DNA of 58,729 nt, filler included, from Sphacelaria rigidula (lineage: Eukaryota): NCBI GenBank assembly GCA_964200075.2. It is 5 parts of 5 records of this genome, joined end to end, with 100 filler letters (N's around TTAATTAATTAA, not from the genome) between each part and the next. Parts side by side here need not be neighbours in the genome. Positions count along the whole stretch, not along the records: positions 1 to 11,667 come from CAXNAA020004645.1; positions 11,768 to 23,434 come from CAXNAA020004646.1; 3 more parts are not named here. The stretch is one strand, 5' to 3'. The notes beneath the pieces were generated by a model that saw only the letters and a list, made by a program, of their open reading frames with translations, ran no database searches and was not told where the DNA came from. Position 1 is the stretch's first letter. The number at the start of each line of letters is the position of its first letter. A program made the position numbers and the translations under genes. Below, piece after piece: positions 1-12,004 of this stretch.

Positions 1-72
1 CAACGCATCGGGAATCGAACCGCCGTTCTCTGCACCGTTATGGCGACAGTCGGACCATTACACCACCGGGGC
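1..72 (-). mobile_element. tRNA-derived SINE head, truncated by contig start
   Basis: Minus strand reads GCCCCGGTGGTGTAATGG...GGTTCGATTCC (Pol III A and B boxes) but the acceptor stem is imperfect (GCCCCGG / CCGATGC); related heads at 11609 and 54402. Confidence 0.7.
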
Positions 73-341
73 GCGGCAGATATTGATGTGGTTGATAAAC
101 CCGACAGGGCTAGCCTGCCCTTCCCATCACTCCTCAACGGGCAAGCAATCGCTTCGACCTGTAGAATAACAGTCCATAGGGCAAGCACACCACGCAAATA
201 CTTCGGTCAGTTAGGGTAACATACCAACCCACAGCGGCAAGGAATCACTTGGATTCCGCTAGAACAGCAAAACTAAGATTAACCTGCATTTCCGCCATTG
301 TCCGTTACATGCGAGCGCGTTCTCTTGTGTATAAGTGCATA

Positions 342-946
342 CTTCCTCTGTGCCATAAGTAAAGTCCGTTATGGCCGTTTAATCGTTTGCGTATTCCAAC
401 GTTGACGATCATCCTATGGTCGGATTCGTTAGAGAGGTGAAGCGCAAACGAAGCTGGTGAAGAAACAAAAACGAAAAAATATACTTGTTTTCATCCACCA
501 AAATTATGTCGAAATATACCCCATTTTGACTCTTTTTGATCCATGTATACCCCCATCATTGGCCAATTTTGGACGTTTTCACGTCGAGTACTAGCAATTA
601 CATGCTAACAAAATGTTGGATAGGGCGTGCGTAGGTTAAAATCACGGACATGTCCAAAATCAATGGTGGTTTCGCCATATTCACATTTTGTGGCCCATTT
701 TTTGTGATTTTTTGTGTTCCCGGGTCTCTCATGCTTTCTGGGAAAACGAGCGAAAAATGGCCGTTTTGGACCGACCTCCTTTTTCTCGGCCGCGCGGATG
801 CATGGGTCAAGCACTCACGTTGTAGAAAATGTTTTGGTTTTAGCTAAAAAAACGCCTACGAATGCAATGAAAAGGTCGAGAATCAAATATCACACCGTTA
901 AAGGCCCGTGTAATCATAACGGACTTTACTTGTGGCGCAGAGGAAG
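342..946. mobile_element. Stowaway-like (Tc1/mariner) MITE
   Basis: TA|CTTCCTCTGTGCCATAAGTAAAGTCCGTTATG ... CATAACGGACTTTACTTGTGGCGCAGAGGAAG|TA: ~32-bp TIRs with 2 mismatches and TA TSD; related copy at 52176-52788. Confidence 0.75.
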
Positions 947-2519
947 TATGCTTCTTTGCGCAAGACCCCTTTCACCTGCAGTCATGCTATACATGCCGGC
1001 TATTCGTAGTATTATCTCCTCTGTCCCATGAGTCTGCTTGGTTATGTTTGTCCAGGCACTTTACGGTGTCCGATCTTTTTTCGTCAGTTCTGTTGATTTT
1101 TTTTTACATTTTTTGGGCCATCCCCCTTTTTTTACCGCAGGTTTCCACTTCCTTCGGACGGACACATGGCTGAAATAAAATCGGTTGACCCGAAATTGGC
1201 GTTATTCCGCCTCTATTTGGACAAGAAATGAAGGAAATAGAAAACCTGGAATAATTGCAAAAAAGGCAATAACACGCGGAAAATGATCCTGAATTCATGT
1301 TTTCCTTGAAACTACGCTGCCCACACATCGTCGGTACACACTTGGTTAAGCAGCCGTCTCTTGTTTACCTTGACCCCCGCAAAAAACGCCCAAATTCAGC
1401 CGAAAGTGGTAACAGGTGGCGAAAATCGGACCGTTATTTTACCAGAAATTGTGTGGCAACAGAATATCACATGTATATACAAGATTCCCCTTCGGGAGTT
1501 TGGTACGGGCCTCCCGGGGGTGACGCAAGTCGAAAACATATGGTTGAGAAAAGCTACTGTTATATCTCACTGTACAGTAGTGATCGCGGCTGTACAAAAC
1601 ATCGCATGTGGTCTCGGATGTCGTATTCGGACGTAGGCCGACGGCGGAACCGCCGGCGTAGGACATGTGTGGTATACCCGAGGTGCCAGAGTGCGAAGTA
1701 GCTCTCGCGCCACAAAGATGTGATAGCGGGGGGCACTTCCCGAAAAAGTGGAATGCGTGGAACAACATTCTTGGCATGTTCTTTGCACATCACTTTGGCT
1801 TCCACGTCACGGGGCCTTTGAAAACAGGGTGATTTCTTTTTGCGGTAAAACATTCTTGTGCTGTTGTGCTGCTGTGCATTGTTCAACTCGCCAACGGCCC
1901 GTTGCACGGCCTTGTGTTTGATGCTGACTAAGGCCAAGGCAATGTTTGATTGTTTTCAAGTGCTTTGCTCTCATGTTCTCGTGACATTGGTGGCATCACC
2001 GGTGTGTTCGCGTTCCCAAGTGAACAAGAACGCGACAAAGAGAAACACAGGGAAAAAATACCCCGCCAAAAGTAATCATTTTTCAAGTTTTGCATGATCT
2101 TCGACAGGCTTTTGTGGTTCGGGATCGACACCCCGCGAAAAGGGCCAGTTTGAGCGACTTTCAGTGGCCAGAACACGGGCCACAGGTATCAGACGACGCC
2201 CAAACCTGAACGGTAATGTACCGCTGAGCCTCCTCAGTGCGCTGCAAAAGAAAGCGCGGGTAAAAATGCCTTGCCGCCAGAGAAAACTCGGCAAAAGTGG
2301 TGAAAAATGTGAAAAGATACATAATGCATACATGTATTGTCTCACCAGCTTCTCCTTGGTTTCTTCTTTCAAATGACGCCGACTAAAGCATTGTAAACGC
2401 CGACGTGAAGGCGATGTGAACTGCACCTCATAACCAAGCACGCGTATTGGACAGCGGAGGCATTTCGTTGTTTCGGTTTACATGTATATATTATGTGTGG
2501 TTGTATTGTGAGTGTTATC

Positions 2520-2727
2520 CGTTCCCTCTCTTTTTTCTTTTTAGTGCTGTCCTTTTTTTCCAGTATTTCAGCTTACTCCGTTCCTTTGCTTCATCATTTG
2601 TTCTTGGAAGCTCTTTTTTTCTCCTTCAGCGAGTGTTTCTCTTTTGTTTACCTTGGGTACGTCTATCTTGTGGATAATGAATGACCACAGCTGAACCCCT
2701 GGGGGGTCAGTTAATGTACGACAACCA
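2520..2727 (+). mobile_element. Non-LTR retrotransposon 3' end fragment
   Basis: T-rich tract plus CTTGGGTACGTCTATC...GACCAC...GGGGGGTCAGTTAATGT motif shared with copies at 27324, 47380, 33255 (-) and 55870 (-); several copies end in (CAAT)n. Confidence 0.6.
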
Positions 2728-2827
2728 AAAAACGCCAGTGTAACCGTCGCTTTCCCCCACATCTTCACCCCGTATCTGTCGTCGCTGTTGGCCCACGGTT
2801 GTTGTTTTGTCGCGTTACTTTCCAAAG

Positions 2828-4345
2828 GAGGACTGCAGCTTTACGGACCCCACCCTCTCCTTCTCCGGGTTGTCTACTTACAAGCGAAATGTGGCTAGCC
2901 TCCAGGGCGTCCTAGACGCAGTTGTCGTTGACAGTGTCTCAGTGCTGTATTCCTGTCAGCTCCGACAGGTACGAAGCTGCAACATGTTCAGTACAGAACG
3001 ACACACGTACCGTGTAGGTGACGCGCTACGACACTTTGGTGATAGGAGCTGCACCTACGGTTCTGCTGCAGACGGAGATCCTGCAGTCTTTGCAGCTAAT
3101 CGTCAGGGGGGTTGTAAGTATTCTCCTTCACATTCACGCCGGGTCTGTTGAGCAGCCGGTGGCTCAGATCCAGAGCGTCTGGACACCGCTCGTGTCAGTA
3201 CATCTGTGCCAAACAAGTAATATTTTGCAGCGTAGTGGATAGTCAGGGGTATGGCGCGAAGGTACCATGATGCACCCCTTTTCCCTCCCAGCAAAGCCTG
3301 ATTTGACCTTCCTTGATCCCTCCTCTGTGCTCATGGTTTGATTGATTCGCCAGGAGGAATCATGTGTTCAAACGCGATGGAGGATGCTGGGCGACCTTCG
3401 ATTACCCTGGGGTAAGCAAATACTGCAAAAACACTCGACAATCCGGCAGGACCACGGAACAGCGTACGGCCACGAAACACACCTGGGCCGCACCGGTCTC
3501 TCATGGCTTTTCAAAACCCGGGTCATCTCATCAACTACAGAGGGCCATAGACCATAAACAAGGCACATACGAATAGGCACATCTCGTCACGACCATTTGA
3601 ACCACCTGTATTTCTTTCTTCATCACACATGGCACCGTACATGTCGAGATAGTCGCGTTGAAGTCCGTCGACACCATGTCGCCCCCTCATGGAGAGTGTT
3701 GTTCCCCTACTGCGGTGCAACTCTTATCGTTTCAACAGTGTCGAAGCATTTTTCACGCTACTCCCAACACATGGACCGAGCAGGGTGCACGATTTTTTTT
3801 CCTTCTCCCTACACTAATGTACTCGAGGGTACTCTGAAAACAATGAAAAACAAACGGGAAAAATGTCTATGTTGTTTTCCATTTCGACCGCCCTAGGGTA
3901 TAGGCGTCATTTTCACTTCTTGATCTGTCCCCTTCTTGGGCTCAGCACATTAACCACGCTTAGGAAACAGAAATTTCGTCTCCACCAGACGATGTGACAT
4001 GCAGCGCAACAGCAAAACATGTTCGGGACATCCCAGCACTGCTGCCGAAGATCCAAGACTGCGGAAACGTGGGTAGGGAATACATTGTTTGCGTAAATAA
4101 TACATCGCTGAAGTGCCGACCGCGATCTATTATTCCACCATGAGTTTTTTTTATTTGCTTTATCCGCAGGTCCAACAATCGATGTGGTTGGACGAACGAT
4201 TTTTTCGTACGACCCCGAACGCGGGAACCGGATCTACTCGTACGATGAGGTCTGGGAGGTAGAGGCGGCGCAGGCGCTATTGCAGCTGTTTCGTCCGGGG
4301 AGAAAAGACAAGGCCGCGCCCCTGGAGGAAACGCCTCAGAAATGA
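2828..4345 (+). CDS. DUF2358 / SnoaL(NTF2)-like protein, last three exons (5' exons not located)
   Basis: Phase-compatible GT-AG exons 2828-2968 (EDCSFTDPTLSFSGLSTYKRNV...), 3354-3411 (EESCVQTRWRMLGDLRLPW), 4170-4345 (GPTIDVVGRTIFSYDPERGNRIYSYDEVWEVEAAQALLQLFRPG...stop). DCxFxDP, RW...LPW and E-x-W motifs match my recollection of DUF2358. Confidence 0.85.
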
Positions 4346-5181
4346 CAAGACTGAACACACTTATATTCCTCGATCGATCGAACACTTTCCGTCGTTTCAA
4401 AACAGCTTTGTGTTACATCTGCGACCACGGGTTCGAGGGTTGCGGCTAATGTGCGGGAATAAAAATAACTGAGGGCATGTGGGAGCATGTTTGGTTTGTT
4501 GCAACCTTGTGCTGCAAGCCCAGGAAGGAGGAAGACGGGGTGGCCGCCCTCGAGATGTACCATCCGAAAAAGACGAACAGTGGGTAAAAGTCCCTTGTAC
4601 GGAGGGTCATGGCCATTTTATTGTTTTGTGCGTATGTGTGCCGTGGCAGCATTTTGCGTTCTCCCCTGGTAGCATCGATTTGGTGTCATGTTATGCGCTG
4701 AGTAACAGCAAAACGATCAATGGGTTATATTATCACAACCACAAACCCGTGCACTCTTTATCCAAACGAGCAGAATCCGGACATTCCATGCTCAGAAATA
4801 TTACAGGGGAAGAGTGAGCTGTGCAACGAATGTGAGCAGCGATGGAACATTGGTGAGGGTGATACATACACAGTGGCCCTCCCACAGTAGAGATGGGGTT
4901 GGAATGAGCCCCGCGCAAAAACTCAGATATGGACCGAGCACAGACACACACGTTACTGGGCACCCACCAGGTGGCGCTCGACACATGTACGCCTGTAAAT
5001 TGAACGAAAATACCGCCGGTCGCTGTAAGGGTCGGCCTGTTGTAACGCTTGGTACCAGACCTTTACCCCCTTTGTACAAACCCCCCGACATCGAAATGTG
5101 CCCGTTCGTTCAGGTTCCGCTGCGGCACAATAGGCCACCGTTGCTCCGCAAGAGTGCTGCAGTTCGCATTCCATATTTTCT

Positions 5182-8100
5182 CTAGATACCCACTCCGATT
5201 TCCTGCAGCATGCCGAGAACATCCGTATACACGAGAATGCCCTGCAAATACCGAAAGACAGATGAAGCACGGAACGAGGGTGACGAGGCGCAACCGGCGA
5301 CAAGGGATCATCGGAACACAGCAGGACAAAAAGAGACAACCCTACGATACGATACGACGTCGTTTCACTCCTCCCAGGGTAGCGTGTGCAAGAAACTCTC
5401 AGCTTTGGCTTTTGAGTTTGTCCAATGAAAGCTGTTCATTCGTACTGTTGCAGTGACATGGGAAAATAAACCCCTACAAAAAATCACCGTATTTTTATCA
5501 TTGATGTATTGTTTCTTGTCGGCTAATGTGTAATCGTTTTCGAGTTTGGCTCGTGCATTTGCAGCGAAGGATTGAAACGACTAGTTTCACTCGACCAGGA
5601 CAAGTATCGGTTCGACTGCCCAATATGTCACGCTTGCTCCGAATACTAAATAGATATATCGTACCTTGTCTTTGAAGCTGTAGATCGGTTCCCTGCCCTG
5701 AAACACCACGGTGCCCCCCTGCTGCGTGATGAGCTCTTTGTTCGGCGGTGCGAGCTTATTCCACTTGGTAACAATCTGGCGCATGTTTTGCAATCGAAGG
5801 GTGGCGAGCTCTAGCGGTCTCGCGCCCTCCTTACCCAGTATTTCGAATTCCTTGTTGTCCACGATGGTCATGGCACTTGATATCCAATCGGTATTAGCGT
5901 TCGGGTCGCCCACGTAACCCCTGAGAACCTGCGACAAAAAATGTGTGATCAGAGCAGTTCCTTGTGAGATATGATAACACGATATTCTGGAGTATCTTGA
6001 AATGTGGTTGGGAAGATTGAATACATTTGCTGCTCCGGCCCCGAGACGAAACATGATACTAGTATATTTGGTAGTGTCTCAGAGATGATTTTTGGAATAA
6101 TAAACACAACTTCTGTGGCTTCGGTGATCTAATCGGTGTGAGAGCTCGTGTCGCCCGCGTAGACCTCGAGGACCTGCAACACAAACCATGTAGGGTAAAC
6201 CGTGTGCCAGATGTGGTCCTACAATATGTTGCTTTCATTTTTGGCGCCTTTTTTCATGCGTGTGAACATGTGGGAACATCAAGTCCACGATCGATGTTGG
6301 GGTTTGTCGCCCACGTAGCCTGTTACGACCGGTGACACAAAATACTAGTAAATATCGAGAAGAAAGAAACGGAGAGACCAACCCTGAGTATCCATCAGTG
6401 TTGCATTAAGACAGTGTTGACGGTGTGGGGAAAACAGAACACTTTACAAATACTAAAGGAAAAAATCTACCGGGAGTTGAGGATATCCCGACAACCCCCA
6501 CCCCCCCCCCCCCTCCGAATGGTCAAACGACGAAGGCAGGCGACAAATGAGTACTCCCCCCCCCCTCCAGCCGTATCAACGAATAACACAGGCAACAAAA
6601 ACGCAAAGGTTTACATCTTACAGTCACCGCTTCGGCGTGCAACAGCAGTGTGGTGGTTGAGCTCACCGCTTGGATAGTCCCGGGGGATCTGCGGAGATGT
6701 TGTGTCGCGCACCCAAATCAAGTTGTTTTGGCAAAAATAGACGCCGCACGAAGATGTGGCATCGGGAGAGGAAGTGGAATCAGGGATCATGACAACCATC
6801 GACATCTGCATGAATGCTTCACTTGATTGAATAAGTATGCAGTGAACACCGCTTTGTCACAATAAAAAAAGTAACCCGGATGAGCATTATGGAAAATTAT
6901 CGACAACAACTAGCGGTAATCGAATGTGACCCACCAACGCGCGCGACGAGAAAACAACCAACGAAGTAAGCGGACAAAACGGAGGTAGGAATGTCCCTGA
7001 CCTAACCATAGATTGCGTTACCGTGGAACAAAGGCCAACGACAACAAGCAAGTACATTGCGTAGTTTTCAGCTGTGAATATTCAGTTCGCTGCAATGACA
7101 ATGTCTGTCCGTTGTGAGATTATCGACATGTGTTTGTTGGCTCACCCTATTCCGGCCAGCATGGGTAGCAATCGTAAGTAGGGGTTGAGCTTCTTGCCGC
7201 CCGGTAATCTTGGTTCGAATCCGTTCGAGAACCCGAGTGCATGGTAAGCTGCCCCTACCTCGTCCTAGGTCGTGAGGATCAGAAATAAGAAAACGCCGGC
7301 AAGGGGAGAATAATTTCCCGTGAGCACTTGACGATGTGTGGAGCAAGTGCGTTCGATGATTCCTCGTGGAAAATCGTCACGATGCCCAACAGGAGGACGA
7401 TCGTTACCGGAGGATAATCGTTTATACAAACACGATCACCACAAGCACGTCATATAATCAACGCACGCAAGCACCCACACACAGTAGTGGATAACGTGTG
7501 GAGCAATTTATACGAACATACGGAGAGGCGATAAGTTTTCATCTTCTGTGGCAGATCGTAAGCCAGTCAGCACCGGGTGGAACGAAATAAAAGGTGGTGT
7601 CGCATTTGTACCAGACATGCGCCTAATAATACGCGGAGAAAGCACTGCCCGCACCATTGACATAACAATAAAATATCCGAATCGTCGTATGATGGTGTTG
7701 CGATGATGATGCTGGTGTTTTTATTTCATATCAGTCATGGCATGCGTTACCTGCTGGTTAAGTTTGGTCTGTGGGCATCGTGTGGCGGTATTATGCTCTC
7801 ATGTAGTTCGTGCAAGGAAGGAAACACGTCAGTTAGCCCGCACGTCCGCGTGTAGGCTAACTGACGTGTTTTCTTCCTTGCACGAACTGCAAAGCAGTGC
7901 GATATAGTTATCCGATGGCTACAGACCAAAATTAACCAGCAGGTACCGCATGCCATGACCAAGATACAAGAAGCATCATTTTCATCATCATCACCATCAT
8001 TATCATCATCAACACCGACAACTTTCAGGTGACAAATATGAAGCAAAGGGAGTACAATAATGATGCATCAATTACATATCTGACGTGAAAAGGCTTTAAT

Positions 8101-10313
8101 CTGTACCATGAACATATTGTCGAGCGGGAACCCGGTCTCGGCGCAAAAGTCCCTCGCGGCGTCTACCGTGCCCAGACTCACGCCCACCACTCCGACCCCA
8201 GCATCATCTATCTGCGGCAGGTAATGTCGTAGCTTTTGGGCGTATTCCCTATGCTCAAGCAGGACGAACGACGGGCATTAATACACCAGCGTCGAGGGAC
8301 AAGCCAAGAACACACAGCAGACCCAATTATACGATTTGTTGAGTCAAGGGAATTGTGCACACGCCGCACAGGGAAGCATGATCATCGTCCTTGAGGGTCT
8401 GTGGCCAGCACCGAACAGCATTCCTGTCGGGGTGAAACATGCCTCTAGGTGTGCTCAGCTGTACAACCCCAAACCTCACGCTATGAACTTCTTGCCGGAT
8501 TGACCCGACGTAACAGAGCACCAGGACGAATTCGCGAAATTTTTACCGTATCAGTCGCACTTTTGTAATTTTCTTCACAGAATGGTAATCGTATCGGTGA
8601 CAATTTTGCAAATATTTCACAAAATAATCATCAAAATGATGCAATCCTGGGTACAGACCAGAAAATATCAACAGTGTAAATTGTGCAGATGATAACGTTT
8701 TGGCATACTTGCGGATGGAATACGAACGTACAATAGCAAGGTCCGGGCTGATTAGATGCGTGTGCTATGCTTTCTTTGTCCAACCAGGTGGGCACGAGAA
8801 GTCTCAGTACCACCTCACTAGACAGCCTACTCAGGATTGGATGTCGGCATGACGCGATGTTGTGCGATCTATTTCAAACCACAACAACCAGTGTCCCTCG
8901 TGTAGCTTTCATTGCGTTGCCTATCCACTCAGAAGTCATGCTGGTCAGGAATTTCCCAGACGCACCAGATATTCATGAGTTGAGTACCTTTTTGCGTTTG
9001 TCAAACCGGACGTGATTGCATCAGTTTTCAAGCGGTGTAGGTACCGCGCCTTCCAAACCAGCTGCACGAGGACGTGAAAATCTGTAGTGTCGCAAAGTGT
9101 GCTTTGAAAGCCCATTATTCGCAAAAAATTGTACCGGTGCGGTTCAGCGTACAATTTCCTCTGTCACTACTCAAGACTGAAATCCACAGTTCAGCTTTGG
9201 CATCTATCTCACAAAAACCACGCGGATATCGGCCTCTGCGAAGCAGCCGTAAGGCTGCTCTGTTCTACCGCATCACCAGAACAAGTAAATCTGCCAGCGC
9301 AACTGCACTGTGTTTCCGGTACATACTCGGTATCTGTCGACGCTCACCAGGAATTGAAATCTGCAGTGTGAGTGAAGAAGGCAACGATGGTCTTCTTGCC
9401 TGGCGAAGCCACCCATGCGTCCACGAGGCTTATCTCATCCCCATTCGAGGCTCGTTTCACCTTACAGCCACGCAGCACCTGTTCTCCGGGGACAACCAGA
9501 ACACATGTACATCGCACAGAAAGATCCACGATCGCAGCACCTGATATCATCCACAAATGATATTTTTTAGCCCTCGAAGATCCCACTCACCGAAAGAAGC
9601 CGGCGAAATGTTCACAGGTGTTGATTTATGTGATGTTGGAGGATAGAAGGGGGTGTTATACTCCGTCATATTGAGAAAGGGAATGGAGGGTACAGTGCCG
9701 TGAGCACATCAGCTCAAGGCCCACAATTCGACGACGACAATCCATCCTCCCCCAAAGCTCCAACTACTGCACAAAACATACTACCATTACAACTGTACGC
9801 ATACCTGATGGGAGTCCGAATGTATTTGCCTCTCAGATTATCGCCCAGATCTCATGCAACATCTTCAAGTTTCTGATATGACCTCGTTGTGCTGACTGCC
9901 TGTATGTATGTACTTTGTAGATTACCGAACTGCTGACGAGGCCGTAACGGTTTGGTTTCGTCCGTCTGTATGTAATGGTACTCTCTTTTATTGGTGCCGA
10001 CAGCCCCTTAAGTCCTGAAAATATAGCGTGGTATCCCTACCCCTTCATTGGTTACCTCATAGGTATCGGCAGATGTTTGCTTGTTCAACCCTGTCGTCGC
10101 CGACATGATCGTCACGCGTACGTTCTGACGGTTACTGCGGCAGTAGCTGCCCGCAGCCCGACCAGCTGGGATCATCGTAGGAACAAAAGCTGTTCGGTCA
10201 CCGCCATGATGACTAACGATAGGCTGCACAAAAGCAGACGCGGGAGAGATAATATTCCGTGTGTTTGCCAGCAAGCTCGCGATGGATAGCAGGGTAGCTC
10301 CTGGAGACGGCAT
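5182..10313 (-). CDS. Plastid-targeted peroxiredoxin-like protein (AhpC/TSA_2, PRXL2-like), complete, 7 exons, 331 aa
   Basis: Exons 10313-10056, 9478-9348, 8248-8107, 7264-7146, 6688-6667, 5928-5665, 5241-5182 total 996 nt, all GT-AG and phase-compatible. Motifs THTADFNSWEYAQKL, FCAETGFP, NPYLRLLPMLAGIGSPGTIQAVLRGYVGD, RPLELATLRLQNM, TQQGGTVVF, DKGIL. N-terminus contains ASAF. Confidence 0.9.
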
Positions 10314-10801
10314 GGCTGAGTAGTCATGCAGGGATGTGAATCCTCGGATCTACTGGGCGTCCATGTATGCATGGCAATAGAGTATGCGGGACAGTTGGGA
10401 AAATGAGTGGATTTTTATTGCGTGGTGATTCATCGATATGCTATTTGTGTTCCTCATACTACATTCATCCTCAATTTTCGATTACCTGGAGATCAGATGT
10501 TGCGTAGGCAATCCAACTCTGCAAGTTTGATCTCGTACACCCATGATTAGGCGTGGGGACAGGGGAAATGTAGGGGATCTAGTAATGTAGGAAAACGGGT
10601 ATTGGCGACATTGAAACGAATGTGGTGTTGAAAAACGCAGACTATTTTATCTCGCAAAGCGCCCACACAAGCAAGGACGGCGGGCCTTATGTCTCTCGGC
10701 ACGGAGAACCTTGTGCATCCTGGCGCTAGTCACTGTGATTGACATAAGCATCGGAAATCTGAGACTGCATTCAGCGCGGTTCAATACGAGGCGCTTGTTT
10801 G
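10314..10801. promoter_or_regulatory. Putative bidirectional promoter region
   Basis: ~0.5 kb between divergent start codons (10313 minus; 10802 or 10853 plus). Function inferred from geometry only. Confidence 0.5.
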
Positions 10802-10852
10802 ATGCCGAAGATATCGGAATACTACCCAGCTTGCAGGGTGCATGTCAGCACC

Positions 10853-11478
10853 ATGGCGCTGGTTGTCTCCGCTGTTGTGCTGCTGCTGCTTGCGCAAGCC
10901 GTGCCGGCTGCTAGCGGAGGTCGGGATTCCAGGAAAGGGTGAGGGGGAACCGCCTTCAATTTCCTGGATGGTGCGAGATTCTGTGCCCGAATAGGATGCA
11001 CTGAGAAAACGGGATGGTCAGTTCGAAAGGACCCTGCGGTGATGGGTTGGGATTTATCCTCGGTGACACAGTTCAGCTAGCGTGTGATGGGTTAGGATTT
11101 GTCAGCTTGAACTTGTTAGAGTGCACATCTGGAATATCCACCTTTTCCGGGTGCATGGCCTACCAGATATTGCTGATGCTCACCTGTGGTTGGTTTACGT
11201 AAGCGCATCGCAAAGACCGATGCTATTTACTACTAAACCTCATATAATTCAGTACCATAGATATCATGGAGACCCGTTTGTTTGACCGCTACACTCCTCT
11301 TTGCAATCGCCCCACTCGTGATTTTTGTAGGTACGATGCTGAGCTCTCTCTATTTTCGCCGGAGGGCAGATTATATCAGGTGGAATACGTGATGAAAGCC
11401 GTCGGGCAGTACGGCTGTCCCTCGGTGGGGGTGCAGGGAGAGGGCTGTAGCGTCGTCGTCTGCAAGAAGAATTTGCCG
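10853..11478 (+). CDS. Divergent 20S proteasome alpha subunit (alpha1/PSMA6-like) with N-terminal signal peptide; first two exons, truncated by contig end
   Basis: Exon 10853-10938 ([30 protein letters not shown]|gtgagg; in-frame upstream ATG at 10802) joins in phase 2 to exon 11331-11478 ([25 protein letters not shown]...[19 protein letters not shown]|gtgagt). [12 protein letters not shown] is the proteasome alpha signature. Confidence 0.85.
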
Positions 11479-11608
11479 GTGAGTGATGGTTTGTGCGGTT
11501 CACCGTTCGATCACCACGCAAGATCTGGTAAAAAGTGATCCGCGGCCAAAATTGCTCACGGATCGGATATACAAATTGGAGGAGGAAATGTTCCGGATCA
11601 AATCCTGA

Positions 11609-11667
11609 GCCGGTCGCCCCGGTGGCTCAGTTGGTAACCTCGTAACCTTCTGATGGTTGAGTTGGGG
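11609..11667 (+). mobile_element. tRNA-derived SINE head in proteasome-gene intron, truncated by contig end
   Basis: GCCGGTCGCCCCGGTGGCTCAGTTGGTAACCTC identical to the start of the copy at 54402. Confidence 0.75.
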
Positions 11668-11767
11668 NNNNNNNNNNNNNNNNNNNNNNNNNNNNNNNNN
11701 NNNNNNNNNNNTTAATTAATTAANNNNNNNNNNNNNNNNNNNNNNNNNNNNNNNNNNNNNNNNNNNN
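11668..11767. other. Artificial contig linker
   Basis: 44 N + TTAATTAATTAA (stops in all six frames) + 44 N. Confidence 0.98.
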
Positions 11768-12004
11768 GGGTGGGGAGGCTAATTGGTTGGTTAACTTGGC
11801 CTGGATTATCCCCGGTTCCCCCCCCCCCCCCCCCCCCCCCCGCCCCGCCCCCTCCCTCAACTCAGTGCTGAAAGCCTTACTGCCAGATATGTTCCTCGCA
11901 TCTACCGGTGCTGAGCACTCATACAGATTTCCTAGAAAACCTCACCGGACTGCCAGTGCACGTGTTATCGTGAAGGTTAAGACATTTTGAACTGATCGTC
12001 CCAC

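Noticed and set aside
11266-11330. ATG at 11266 as proteasome subunit start
   Set aside because: Reads through a pyrimidine-rich acceptor; a phase-compatible upstream exon exists. Not formally excluded without RNA data.
11712-11723. TTAATTAATTAA as a biological motif
   Set aside because: Occurs only at the centre of identical N blocks; synthetic linker.
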